Made by a program: the position numbers and the translations under genes. From assembly GCF_030028105.1 (NCBI RefSeq), contig NC_092390.1, positions 31,354,777 through 31,418,776 of the forward strand: DNA of 64,000 bases. Direction: 5' to 3'. Under the pieces are notes generated by a model. The model did not search any database. It was not told where the DNA came from and worked only from the letters and a program-made list of their open reading frames with translations. Of the stretch, positions 37,680 through 48,880 are shown in pieces. This DNA comes from Mobula birostris (lineage: Eukaryota). Positions within the stretch are counted from its first letter, which is position 1. Every line of letters begins with the position of its first letter.

Positions 37680-38262
37680 ATCTTCCTTCACTTTCTCCCA
37701 TAGTCTCATATCTTCCCCTGACTTGCCCATCACCCTCCTTTGCTGCCCTTCCTCCTTCCCTTTCTACCATAGTCCACTGTCTACTCCTATCAGATTCCCT
37801 CTTCTTCAGCCCTTTACCTCTTCCACCTATCACCTCCCAGCTTCTTTCTTCGTCACCCCTCGTCACCCACCCACCTTCCCCCTCACCTGGTTTCACCTAT
37901 CACCTGCCAGCTTGTACTCCTTCCCCTCCCCTCACCTTCTTATTCTGGCTTCTTCCTTCCTCCTCTCCAGTCCTGATGAAAGGTGTGCCCTGAAATGTTG
38001 ACTGCTTATTTCTCTTCACATATGCTGCCTGAGTTCCTCCAGCACTTTTTGTATGCTTTCAAAGATTTCTAGCATCTGCAGAATCTCAACCACAAAATAT
38101 TCTGCAGATGCTGGGGTCAAGGCAACACTCACTGCAAGCTGGATGAACTGATGAAGGGTTCCAGCCCAAAACGTTGACTGATCATTTCCACGGATGCTGC
38201 CCGACCTGCTGAGTTCCTCCGGCATGTTGTGAGTGTTGATCTGCAGAATCTCTTATGTTTAT
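37680..38262 (+). mobile_element. Penelope 3' terminus with a second mini Penelope nested in its tail
   Basis: Degenerate hammerheads at ~37968-38004 and ~38147-38180; 14-bp TSD atctgcagaatctc (38074-38087, 38239-38252). Confidence 0.7.
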
Positions 38263-38399
38263 GCAGTTTGACCAAGTTAACAGAGCATATTATGTGACAA
38301 CAGTCCACTTGCTCTGTAATTATTGCCAGTAAGAGGTCACCAATGTTTTGAAATAGTGTCTATTCCAATACTCCCCAACATGTACAGTTTAAAATCGCA

Positions 38400-38841
38400 C
38401 CCTAATGTCTGCAATCAATAAGGAGGGGCAACAATCGCTCCAGCATGATTATTCTCAAGATTGATACCCCACAAGATTGTGCCCTCAGCCCCCTACTCTC
38501 ATCTCTGTGTACTCATAACCGGGTGGCTATATTTTGCTCTAACTCCATTTACTAGTTTGCAGACACCACCATTGTGAACGATATCCCACTATGAGTCAAG
38601 GTACAGGAAGGAGTTAAAGAGCCAGTCCTGCCAAAGGGTTTTGGCCTGAAACATCAACTGTAATTTTTCCCATAGATGCTGCCTGTCCTGCTGAGTTCCT
38701 CCAGCATTTCGTGTGTGTTGCTGAGACAGAGAGTCTAATGACATGATGTCATGACAACCTTTCCCTCATTGTCAGCAAAACAAAAGAGCTGGTCGTTGAC
38801 TTCAGGATGGAGTGGGTGGGTGCAGTGCACATGCTCTGTAT
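38400..38841 (+). mobile_element. Rex1-like LINE fragment (continues at 42060-42710)
   Basis: RT remnants (PQDCALSPLL, FAD, KTKELVVDFR) that continue after the Penelope TSD. Confidence 0.65.
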
Positions 38842-40177
38842 CGCACACAAAGTGCGATTGGAACGCAGCAGACCAGACAGCATCCATAGAAAGAAGCACA
38901 GTCGACGTTTCAGGCCGAGACCCCTCATCAGGACTAACCGAAAGAAGAGATAGTAAGAGATTTGTAAGTGGAAGGGGAAGGGGGAGATCGGAAATGATAG
39001 GAGAAGACAGGAGGGGTGGAATAGAGCTAAGAGCTGTAAAGTTGATTGGCAAAAGGGATACAAGACTGGAGAAGGGAGAGGATCATGGAACGGGAGGCCT
39101 AGGGAGAAAGAAAGGGGGAGGGGAGCTCCAGAGGAAGATGGAGAGCAGGCAAGGAGTTATAGTGAGAGGGACAGAGGGAGAAAAAAGAGAGAGAAAAAAG
39201 GGAAAAGTAATAAATAAATAAATAAATAAATAAATAAAGGATGGGGTAAGAAGGGGGGAGGGGCATTAACGGAAGTTAGAGAAGTCAATGTTCATGCCAT
39301 CGGGTTGGAGGTTACCCAGACAGAATACAAGGTGTTGTTCCTCCATCCTGAGTGTGGCTTCATTTTTACAGTAGAGGAGGCCGTGGATAGACATATCAGA
39401 ATGGGAATGGGACGTGGAATTAAAATGTGTGGCCACTGGGAGATCCTGCTTTCTCTGGCGGACAGAGCATAGGTGTTCAGCGAAATGGTCTCCCAGTCTG
39501 CGTCGGGTCTCACCAATATATAGAAGGCTGCATCGGGAGCACCGGGCACAGTATATCACCCCAGCCGACTCACAGGTGAAGTGTCGCCTCACCTGGAAGG
39601 ATTGTCTGGGGCCCTGAATTCTGGTGAGGGAGTAAGTGTAAGGGCAGGTATAGCACTTGTTCCACTTACAAGGATAAGAGCCAGGAGGGAGATCGATGGG
39701 AAGGGATGGGGAGATGAATGGACAAGGGAGTCGCGTAAGGAGCGATCTCTGCAGAAAGCAGAAAGGGGTGGAAGGGAAAGATGTGCTTGGTGGTGGGATC
39801 CTGTTGGAGGTGGCAGAAGTTACGGAGAATTATATGTTGGACCTGGAGGCTGGTGGGGTGGTAGGTGAGGACAAGGGGAACCCTATCCCTAGTGGGGTGG
39901 CGGGAGGATGTGGTGAGAGCAGATGTGCATGAAATGGAAGAGGTGCGTTTGAGAGCAGAGTTGATGATGGAGGAAGGGAAGTGCCTTTCTTTAAAAAAGG
40001 AAGACATCTCCCTCGTCCTGGGATGAAAAGCCTCATCCTGAGAACAGATGCGCTGGAGATGGAGGGATTGTGAGAAAAGGATGGCATGTTTGCAAGAGAC
40101 AGGGTGGGAAGAGGAATAGTCCAGGTAGCTGTGAGTGTCCATAGGCTTATAGTAGACCTCAGTAAATAAGCTGTCTC
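38842..40177 (-). mobile_element. Penelope-like element, inverted 5'-truncated arm
   Basis: RT C-terminus (VYYKPMDTHSYLDYSSSHP), GIY-YIG endonuclease (VIYCARCSRCSLLYIGETRRRLGDHFAEH), intact hammerhead at 38899-38936. Confidence 0.92.
38899..38936 (-). ncRNA. Minimal hammerhead ribozyme motif
   Basis: Minus strand reads UAGUC CUGAUGA GGGGUCUCGGCCU GAAA CGUC GACUG. Confidence 0.72.
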
Positions 40178-40189
40178 TTATCACTAGAT

Positions 40190-42046
40190 AAGCTTCTCAT
40201 GCTCTGGATTTTTTCAATGATTTTAAGTTCCCTGGACCCCACCACCTTATTTTCACCATGGATGTCCAGTCCCTATATACCTCCATCCCCCACCAAGAAG
40301 GTCTCAAAGCTCTCTGCTTCTTTTTGGATTCCAGACCTACCAGTTCCCCTCTACCACCACTCTCCTCCATCTAGCGGAATTAGTCCTTACTCTTAATAAT
40401 TTCTCCTTTGGCTCCTCCCACTTCCTCCAAACTAAAGGTGTAGCTATGGGCACCCTTATGGGTCCCAGCTACGCCTGCCTTTTTGTTGGCTTTGTGGAAC
40501 AGTCCATGTTCCAAGCCTATACTCGTATCCGTCCCCCACTTTTCCTTTGCTACTTTGACAACTGCATTGGCACTGCTTCCTGCACGCATGCTGAGCTCGT
40601 TGACTTCATTGACTTTGCCTCCACCCTGCCCTCAAATTTACAGTACCTGGTCCATTTCTGACACCTCCCTCCCCTTTCTTGATCTTTCTGTCTCTATCTC
40701 CGGAGACAGCTTATCTTCTGATGTCTACTATAAGCCTACGGACTCTCACAGCTACCTGGATTATTCCTCTTCCAACTCTGTCTCTTGCAAAAATGCCATC
40801 CCTTTCTCGCAATTCCTCCGTCTCTGCCGCATCTGCTCTCAGGATGAGGCCTTTCATTCCAGGACAAAGGAGATGTCTTCCTTTTTTAAAGAAAGGGGCT
40901 TCCCTTCCTCCACCATCAACTCTACTCTAAAACGCATCTCTCCCATTTCACGCACATCTGCTCTCACCCCATCCTCCAGCCACCCCACTAGGAATAAGGA
41001 TCCCCTTGTCTTCACCTACCACCCCACCAGCCTCCAGCCCCAACATATAATTCTCTGTAACTTCTGCCACCTCCAACGGGTTCCCACCACCAAGCACATC
41101 TTTCCCTCCCCCCTTCCTGCTTTCCACAGGGATTGCTCCCTGCGCGACTCCCTTGTCCATTCGTCTCCACCGATCTCCTTCCTGGCACTTATCCTTGTAA
41201 GCTGAACATGTGCTACACATGCCGTTACTCTTCCTCCTTCACCACCACTCAGGGCCCCAGACAGTCCTTCTGGGTGAGGCGACACTTCACTTGTGAGTCG
41301 GCTGGTGTGATACTGTATACCGCATCCGGTGCTCCTGGTGCGGCCTTCTATATATTGGCGAGACCCAACGCTGGCTGGGAGACCATTTCGCTGAACATCT
41401 ACACTCTGTCTGCCAGAGAAAGCAGGATCTCCCAGTGGCCACGCATTTTAGTTCCATGTCCCATTCCCATTCTGATAAGTCTATTCATGGCCTCCTCTAC
41501 TGTCAAGATGAAGCCACACTCAGGTTGGAGGAACAACACTTTATATTCCATCTGGGTAGCCTCCAACCTGATGGCATGAACGTTGACTTCTCTAACTTCC
41601 ATTAATGTCCCTCCTTACCCCATCCCTTATCTATCTATCTATCTATTTATTTATTTCCTTTTTTTCTCTCTCTCTGTCCCTCTCACAATAACTCCTTGCC
41701 TGCTCTCCATCTTCCTCTGGTGCTCCCCTCCCCCTTTCTTTCTCCCTCGGCCTCCCGTTCCATGATCCTCTCCCTTCTCCAGCCTTGTATCCCTTTTGCC
41801 AATCAACTTTCCAGCTCTTAGCTCCATCCCTCCCCCTCCTGTCTTCTCCTATCATTTTGGATCTCCCCTTCCCCCTCCCACTTTCAAATCTCTTACTATC
41901 TCTTCTTTCAGTTAGTCCTGATGAAGGGCCTCGGCCCGAAACGTCGACTGTACTTCTTCCTATAGATGCTGTCTGGCCTGCTGCATTCCATCAGCACTTT
42001 GTGTGTGTTGCTTGAATTTTCAGCATCTGCAGATTTCCTCGTGTTT
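40190..42046 (+). mobile_element. Penelope-like element, forward arm (RT plus GIY-YIG, decayed)
   Basis: TMDVQSLYTSIPHQEG, GVAMGTLMGPSYACLFVG, FLDLSV, KNAIPFSQFLRL; frameshifted GIY-YIG; terminal tail. Confidence 0.92.
41913..41950 (+). ncRNA. Minimal hammerhead ribozyme motif
   Basis: UAGUC CUGAUGA AGGGCCUCGGCCC GAAA CGUC GACUG. Confidence 0.7.
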
Positions 42047-42754
42047 ACATGCTCTGTATGTTGACAGGATTTGAATGAATATCACCAATAATCTGCCCTG
42101 GTCCAACCATATTGATGTCTTGACCAAGAAAGCTCACCAGCACCTCTACTTCCTCGGGAGCCAAGAAATTTGGCATGACCCCTTTCACCTCATTGATTTT
42201 TAATTGATGCAGCAACAACAAGCATTCTACCCAAATGTTTCTAGGCCTGGTATGGCAACAGCTCTGCTTGTGAGCACGAGTTATGGACACAGCTCAGCAC
42301 ATCGCAGAAACCAACCTCCCTTCTATGGACTCTGTCTATACTTCTCACTGCTCCCAAAGGCAACCAGGGTAATCATAGGCTCCACCCAGCCCAGATATTG
42401 TGATTCTCCCTCCTCCTATCAGGCAGAAGATAGAAAAATCTGAAAGGGCGTACTGTCAGATTCAAGGATAGTTTCTGTTGAGCAGTTCCCTGGTACTGTA
42501 ATATGGTCTCTGGACCCTCACAATCTACCTCACTGTGACTTTGCATGCTACTGTCCACCGGCACTTTCTCTGTATCCTAACACTTTATTTTGCTTTCTGT
42601 AATTATGTACTCCTAATTAGCTCAATGTGCTGTTGTAATGAACCGATTCGTATTTACGGTTTGCAAGAAAAGGTCTTCACCGTACATGTGGCAATAGTAA
42701 ACCAATTTAAATAATAAATCAAATTTATCATGTGATTGTCACTGTTGTCACATC

Positions 42755-42760
42755 TTTATT
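42755..42760 (-). terminator. dkk1: Probable dkk1 polyadenylation signal
   Basis: AATAAA on the minus strand ~360 nt after the stop, in an AU-rich 3' UTR. Confidence 0.7.
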
Positions 42761-43116
42761 TCAATTAAAATATAAAGAATTTATGTTACATACACTCGTT
42801 AGCAATAATATAGAAGAATTTACAACACTGGCTGAACTGGGAGAATGGCCTTGTAACATTTTTGACAACACTGGTTAGTCAAGTATTTACAGCGTAAGTG
42901 CCAGACTGAATCTTTTACAACACAGTAATTTACTGCAAGCGTTACAGTCTACATAGTTCCTGAAAAGGAACAACAAATAATGCACTTCGAGTTCTGAAAG
43001 ATGCCGGAATACTTCCACTCTAAAGCCTGCAAGAGGGAGTGCGGCTGGCGGCTGGTCGCGAACCGAAGTCTTGACTCCATTAGAGGTCCTTTCGTCTCCG
43101 GAGGTGGGGAAGAGGG

Positions 43117-43367
43117 TCACTGACAGGTGTGCAGCCTGGAGCTCTTGCCTTGGCCGGGCCCTCCTCCCTTCTGCATCCGACACGATAACCCCTGGGCGCA
43201 GTCGCACCTCTGAAATATCTCCAGGCCGTGCGACCCTTTGCGTTTGTGTTTGGTGCACACCTGACCTTCCCTCAGCACCGGCTTACAGATCTTGGACCAG
43301 AAGTGTCGAGCGCAGCACAAGCCCTGCGCGCAGTCGGACGATCGAAGGCACACATCGCCTTCTTGAC
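43117..43367 (-). CDS. dkk1: Dickkopf-1 exon 4 (colipase-fold CRD2, stop)
   Basis: [55 protein letters not shown]...LHTCQ*; acceptor cttttccttccag; 10 Cys. Confidence 0.97.
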
Positions 43368-43469
43368 CTGGAAGGAAAAGAGCGAGAGCGAGCACCATAA
43401 AGCCTCATCAGCAAACCACTCACAACTATTTCCCTTTGAATGTGCCTCATCATTTCGCTCTCAACCTAC

Positions 43470-43601
43470 CTTTCACCTGGTGAGGCCTGGCGGCGAGCGT
43501 CGTCTTCCGTGGATGCGCGTCCACAGTAGCGTCCCAGGTCTCCAGTATGGTCTCCTCGATTTCGCCCTGGATATGTTCCCCATCGTCCGGAATACACATA
43601 C
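43470..43601 (-). CDS. dkk1: Dickkopf-1 exon 3 (linker)
   Basis: GMCIPDDGEHIQGEIEETILETWDATVDAHPRKTTLAARPHQVK; tgcag acceptor, gtaggt donor; phase 1-1. Confidence 0.95.
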
Positions 43602-44263
43602 CTGCATGCAATAAAATCCAGAGATCCAGTAAATTATGAATTACTATCGGAAGAGGAAACACCCTCCGTCACTGCCATCCGCCCAAAAGGAAACCAGATA
43701 ACTTGATCAAAGGGGTTTCGCTTCATCAAAAACCAGGGGTAAAGTGGGTGTTGGGCGAGGTGATCGTTGACTGGTGTTATAGTGGTAAAATTAATCGATA
43801 TAGTTTCTATATGTTTCTCTTTTCTGCTTTCTATCGCGTTGTGACTTCTACATTTTTTCATGGATGTAGGATTAATATTAGTCGTTCTGTGCCGCAGCCG
43901 TTCACCTATCCTGAAGGCATACTGAATGTCGGTCAAACCCTCCCCCCCCCGGGACCCCACTTGCTGAAATAGTTCACCCTACTTGCCCGCCAGGTCAGAT
44001 TATATTTGCCAAAGGAAGCTAGCTACTGGAGGAACTCAGCGGGCCAGGCAGCATCTGCGGAGGGAAATGGGCAGTCCACCCTTCATCTAGCCTGGATGTG
44101 TGACTGTGTAAATTAGATTACTATTTATAATATAATTTAAACTCATAAAGTTTCGCTTAGACCTCCAGGCTCTCATCGCCCTTCCGCACCCGCAGTAATC
44201 CCGCTCCCTCACTGTCTCCCACTTTACAGGTTCGCCCCTCCCCGCGTCCCTTCCTGCGCTCAC

Positions 44264-44414
44264 CGTTGTTGCAGCGAGTCCCCGGGCAGCACATTGCGTT
44301 CCGGGCGCAGCGTTTACGACGTCGGCGACAATTCAGGCAATGCTGCGCGCCAGGACGAGAACCGGAGCAGAACTGGTCTGCAGAGCAGTCCTGGTCATCC
44401 AGGCAAACAGGGAA
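44264..44414 (-). CDS. dkk1: Dickkopf-1 exon 2 (CRD1)
   Basis: FPVCLDDQDCSADQFCSGSRPGAQHCLNCRRRRKRCARNAMCCPGTRCNN; ctttccctcag acceptor, gtgagc donor; phase 0-1; absent from the supplied ORF track. Confidence 0.95.
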
Positions 44415-44813
44415 CTGAGGGAAAGGAGAGCAGAGTCAGTCCAACTCGTGTACAGCCTGGCATCCGCTGTAACTCGGGGGAAATCCATAACACAGCAGCC
44501 CAGACACACAAAACCCTGTGACCTGCACACACTAACATACATCCTGCAAAAGAAATCATAAGGGAGACGCACATCAGATTCTGCAGGTAATGCGGGGCTG
44601 ACATGCACCATTCAGAAAGGAACGCACGGCAAAACTTTTAAGTAAGGAAGCTTCATTATTGAATTGTTCTAATTTAATCGAATTTACTAAATTGAAAGAA
44701 AAAAATACTGAAGGTACCAAAGTGACCATTCCAGATTGCATAAGGTCTTCGGACTTGCTGTTGTCGACACTGCGTTGGAAGCAATGTCAGTGTTTTCCGT
44801 GGGAAATATTTAC

Positions 44814-44978
44814 CTGGAATTGTTCAATGGCATGGTTCTTGGCTCCGTGGTGGACGGAGATCTGAGGAGTGACACTGGCCGGGTGAAGCGCCCCGCTGCC
44901 CGTCTTGATAGCGTTGGAATTGAAGGCGCTCGCTGCACCGTAGAAGCAAGCAGTCAAGAGAACCACTTCCAAGTACAT
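44814..44978 (-). CDS. dkk1: Dickkopf-1 exon 1 (signal peptide, NxI motif)
   Basis: accATG in good Kozak context; MYLEVVLLTACFYGAASAFNSNAIK...IEQFQ; donor cag|gtaaat. The four exons total 699 nt, giving 232 aa. Confidence 0.93.
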
Positions 44979-45142
44979 GGTCAGCGCTTCAGTCCGCCCC
45001 GGCAACCGGAACAAAGTGACCGTCGGCAAAACACGAGCGTCAAAATCGGCGATGTATAGATCCGTCCTCCGACAAGTTGAGAGATGATCTGTTCGGAGCA
45101 GAAAACTTTCCCTCTGTTGACCCCACCGAGCTCGGCAGCGGA

Positions 45143-45220
45143 TTTATAGTTGCTGAGGATGTTTGTATTCCCGCCCCTTTGCCATGTGTGACAAAGCCCT
45201 GGCTGAAATTTCAAATGCTC
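45143..45220 (-). promoter_or_regulatory. dkk1: dkk1 core promoter (TATAAA at 45143-45148, GC box, TCF-like sites)
   Basis: Minus strand reads TTTGAAAT...GGCTTTGT...AAGGGGCGGGAAT...TATAAA, ~165 nt upstream of the ATG, within a CpG-rich region. Confidence 0.75.
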
Positions 45221-45665
45221 GGCTTTAAGGACGCTCCCGAGAATCTGCAAACCCCGCAGGGACCCTCCTGCCGGAGATGTAGAGTGTTAGGACCCTCCCG
45301 ACTGCCAGCACATCATAGAGAGCTGCCTGATTACAGGCCAAGCACCACTGATAACTTTACTTCCTCTTGCCCTCTCCTTCGCCCCGCGTCTCATTCTAAT
45401 TCCCCGTCATCTAACTCGCAGTACGCAAATGGAATAAACTGCATCAGCAATGGGTTCTGAGTACAGTAGTAAATGCCGAGGTGCGAACGGAGCCAACGCC
45501 TATTTCCCTACACAGCACCATCCCAGATACGGCAGGGGGATTCCGTTTGCCGCGGTATTCGTCCTTGTAACGAGTTTCGTGCCTGTTTGTATTTATTTTG
45601 AAGCCAGGGAGAGTTTCGAGATCTGCACCTTGCCTGGATGGGGAACAAAAGCGGTCGAATATTCC

Positions 45666-45830
45666 CGGAGGAACTCAGCAGGCCAGGCAGCATCTATGGA
45701 AAAGAGTACAGCTGATTTTTCGGGCCGAGACCCTTCATGAGAATTCAGGATGCTGCCTGGCCAGCTGAGTTTCTCCAGCATTTTGTGTGTGCTGCTTGGG
45801 TTTCCAGCATCTGCAGATTTTCTCTTGTTT
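45666..45830. mobile_element. Fold-back Penelope mini-insertion upstream of dkk1
   Basis: Inverted terminal copies plus tail; 15-bp TSD with 2 mismatches, gcggtcgaatattcc (45651-45665) and gcggttgaatcttcc (45831-45845). Confidence 0.8.
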
Positions 45831-46479
45831 GCGGTTGAATCTTCCGATAATTTTCGGTCCATTTGCAGCACCTGATCCGTGATTGTAATTGGCTAACTTT
45901 GAAATCCACTTGATTAAACACACCGGGGAGATCAAAGAGACCATGGAAATCCACGACAGAACAGTTTACATAATGAATTATCATGCTGCTTCGGTACAGT
46001 TAAGCAAATACAGACTGCTCAGCACTTAATGATAAGCAACTGAAAACGGCTTCTCTGAACTGCTGCTGTGGGCTTTACCTTGCGATATCTGTATTAGTAC
46101 CCGTCCAGTGCTTTAGCTGGGATAGATTTAAAGTGAGTCGGAAAGATAAAGGGAACAAAATCTTTCCAAAATTCTTTTCCTGTGGGAACAAACATCTATT
46201 ACAGAACGCAATGTGCTGTTTTGATTTCCTAAATTTATCCATTTATTTTGGGGTGGAGGTGGGGAATTGATTTAGAAAGCATTTTCAAAACTTTTTTTGC
46301 TTTATATCTTCAGATTACTAACATGGAATTTCGGGACTACATTGGACAAGATTCTCGAAACCTGAGGACACTGGAAAAAGAGGACAAGGAAGAGGAGGAT
46401 AGTGCTTGTGGGAGATTGCAATTAATATTCCTGTGCCACCTGGAGTGCTAATGGCCTGGAAGGGGCAAAAATTGTGGGG

Positions 46480-46842
46480 TGCATCCAAGACAGTTTCCTC
46501 GCACAATATACAGAGGAACATATCCCCCCCACTTGTATTTCCCACTCTGACCTTCTCACCTGCCTATATTCCTGAGTCCCCACCTTCTCCCTTTCTCCAA
46601 TGGTCCACTCTCCTCCCCTATCATATTCTTTCTTCTTCAGCCCTTTACCCTTCCCACCCACCTGGCTTCACTTATCACCTTCCAGCTAGTCTCTTTCCCC
46701 TCCCCTCCCCTCCCTACCTTTTTAATTCTGGTATTTCCTTCTCAGTCCTGAAGAAGGATCTCGGCCTGAAACAGCGACCATCTATTTGTTTCCATAGGTG
46801 CTGCCTGACCTGCTGAGTTCCTCCAGTATTTTGTATGTGTTG
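46480..46842 (+). mobile_element. Penelope 3' terminus with degenerate hammerhead
   Basis: Pyrimidine-rich UTR, then cagtcctgaagaaggatctcggcctgaaac at ~46743. Confidence 0.7.
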
Positions 46843-46849
46843 ATACAGA

Positions 46850-48880
46850 GGAACTCTTTGGAAGGAGAAATACTGGACCTCCTCTTAGGGAATAAGGTGG
46901 GCAAAGTAACTGGAGTGGCAGTTGGGGAAAACTTTGGGTTCAGTGACCACAATTATACTAGTCTTGAAAGAATTATGGAAAAGATAGAAATGGTCCATGT
47001 GTTACAGTCCTTAACTGGGGCAGGTCAAGATTTGAGAATATTAAGTAGGATCTAGCTGGGGTCGACTGGGTGACTCTACTTAAAGGCAAATGAACAGTTG
47101 TCAAGTGGGAGGCTTTTAAGTCATTCCAAGGGGCCACTGTTAGGGTGAAGTAACATGCTGTACCTGGACTCTTGCTATGACTCTTTCATACTCCAGGTAC
47201 TCAAGGTAGTACCAAGTTCAGTGAACCTTGGCTGATGAGAGATATGAAGATTCATGTAAGGGAGAAGAATAAAGCATGCATTGTACATAGACAGCTGATA
47301 CAAATGAATCCCTTGATGAATATAAGAAGTTTAAGGCCAGTTTTTAAGAGGGAAATCAGAGGAACAAAAAGAGGGAATGAGATGGATTTGGCAAACAGGG
47401 CTAAAGATAATCCCAAGATGTTCTTCAGCTATGGTTTTCTCTTAAAGACCATGAGGATTGTCTATGTGTGAATCTGTAGGAAATGGCTGAGATTTTTAAT
47501 GTCTATTTCTCCTCAGTATTTACAAAAACAAATATCATAGATGCCAAAGAAATGAGGGTTGATGTAGCGGAGTCTTGGATCATGTGCACATTATGTGAAA
47601 GGAGGTATTTGCAGCCTTGAAGCACCTCGTGCATAAGGTGGGCAAATCCCCAGGGTAACCCCAAACCTGGGGATGTCGGGAAAAATCATGGAGGCCCTTG
47701 TAGAAATATCTGCTTTGTTGTTAGCCACTGTCAAAGTTCCAGAAAACCAGGACGGTAGTTAATGTTGTTCTATTGTTCAAGAAGGGCAGCAAGGACATGC
47801 TAGGGAAATACATTCTGGGGAGCCTGACTTAGTTGTTGGGAAGTCTCTGGGAGGAATTCTGAGGGACAAGATCTACTATCAAAGGCTAACTAGTAAGCAC
47901 AGTCAGCAGAGTTTTGTGTTTGAGAGTTCATGCCTGACAAATCTATTGGAGTTTTTTGAAGAGGTAGCTAAGAGGATAGTTGAAGGTAGGGCAGTGGATC
48001 TTGCCTTTGTGGAATTTAGTAAGGCTTTTGACAATGTTCTGCGTGGATGATCTGGAAAATTAGGTTGCAGATTATTCAGGGTGAGTTAGCATGGTAGATC
48101 AGAATTGGCTTGATGATAGAAAGCAGAGGGTAATGGCTGAAGGTCAATTCCATCTGAAGACCTTTGACTAGAGGGGTGCTGCAGGGATTAGTGTTGGCAC
48201 ATTTGTATTTATTATTTATGTAAATTATTTGGATATGAATGTACATGGCCCGATGAGCAAGTTTGTTGATGATGCTATACTGAAGCAGATTGATAGTGAA
48301 GCAGATTACAATGAATTGCACCAAGATCTCAATTAGTGAGGGAGATGGGCTGAGGAATAACAAATGAATTTCAACTTATATAAGTGTGATCTGATGCATT
48401 TTGGAGAGTCAAACCAGCGTAGGGCTTATATAGTGAATGGCAGTGCACTGACGAGTGTTGTGCAACAGAGCAACTGGGAATACAAGTGTAGAGTTTGCTA
48501 AAAGCAGCCACACAAGTAGACAGGGTGGTGATAAAGCCTCTTAACATGCTGGCTGTCATTAGTCAGGGCACTGAGTTTGGGAGTAGAGACATTATGTTGT
48601 AGCTATATAAGTTGTTGGTGAGGACTTACTTGGAGTATTGTGTACTGTTTTTGGTCATGCTGTTATTGGAAAAACATTGTCAAGCTGGAGAAAGTATATT
48701 AGAGATTTATGAGGCCTGGGGGAGTTTGCCCACACTTGATCTTCATTCCTGTAACACAGGAGAATGAGGAGTGACCTCATTTAAGTATATAGAATCATGA
48801 GGTGTATGGATAAGGTGGACGTTTATAGTCTTTTCTCTGGGGTTCAGAGTCCAAACCTAGAGGGCATAGATACAATATAA
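46850..48880 (+). mobile_element. CR1 LINE, old and decayed
   Basis: ILDLLLGN, SDHN, KGSKD..GKY, CLTNLLEFFEEV and FSKAFD remnants. Confidence 0.85.

Noticed and set aside
43117-44978. Alternative assignment as dkk2 or dkk4
   Set aside because: NSNAIK, the linker GEIEETI...TTL and [18 protein letters not shown] best match Dkk1; a phylogeny would confirm this.
44979-45029. 17-aa N-terminal extension of Dkk1 suggested by the ORF track
   Set aside because: It starts at TTG. The ATG at 44978 has good Kozak context and begins a proper signal peptide.
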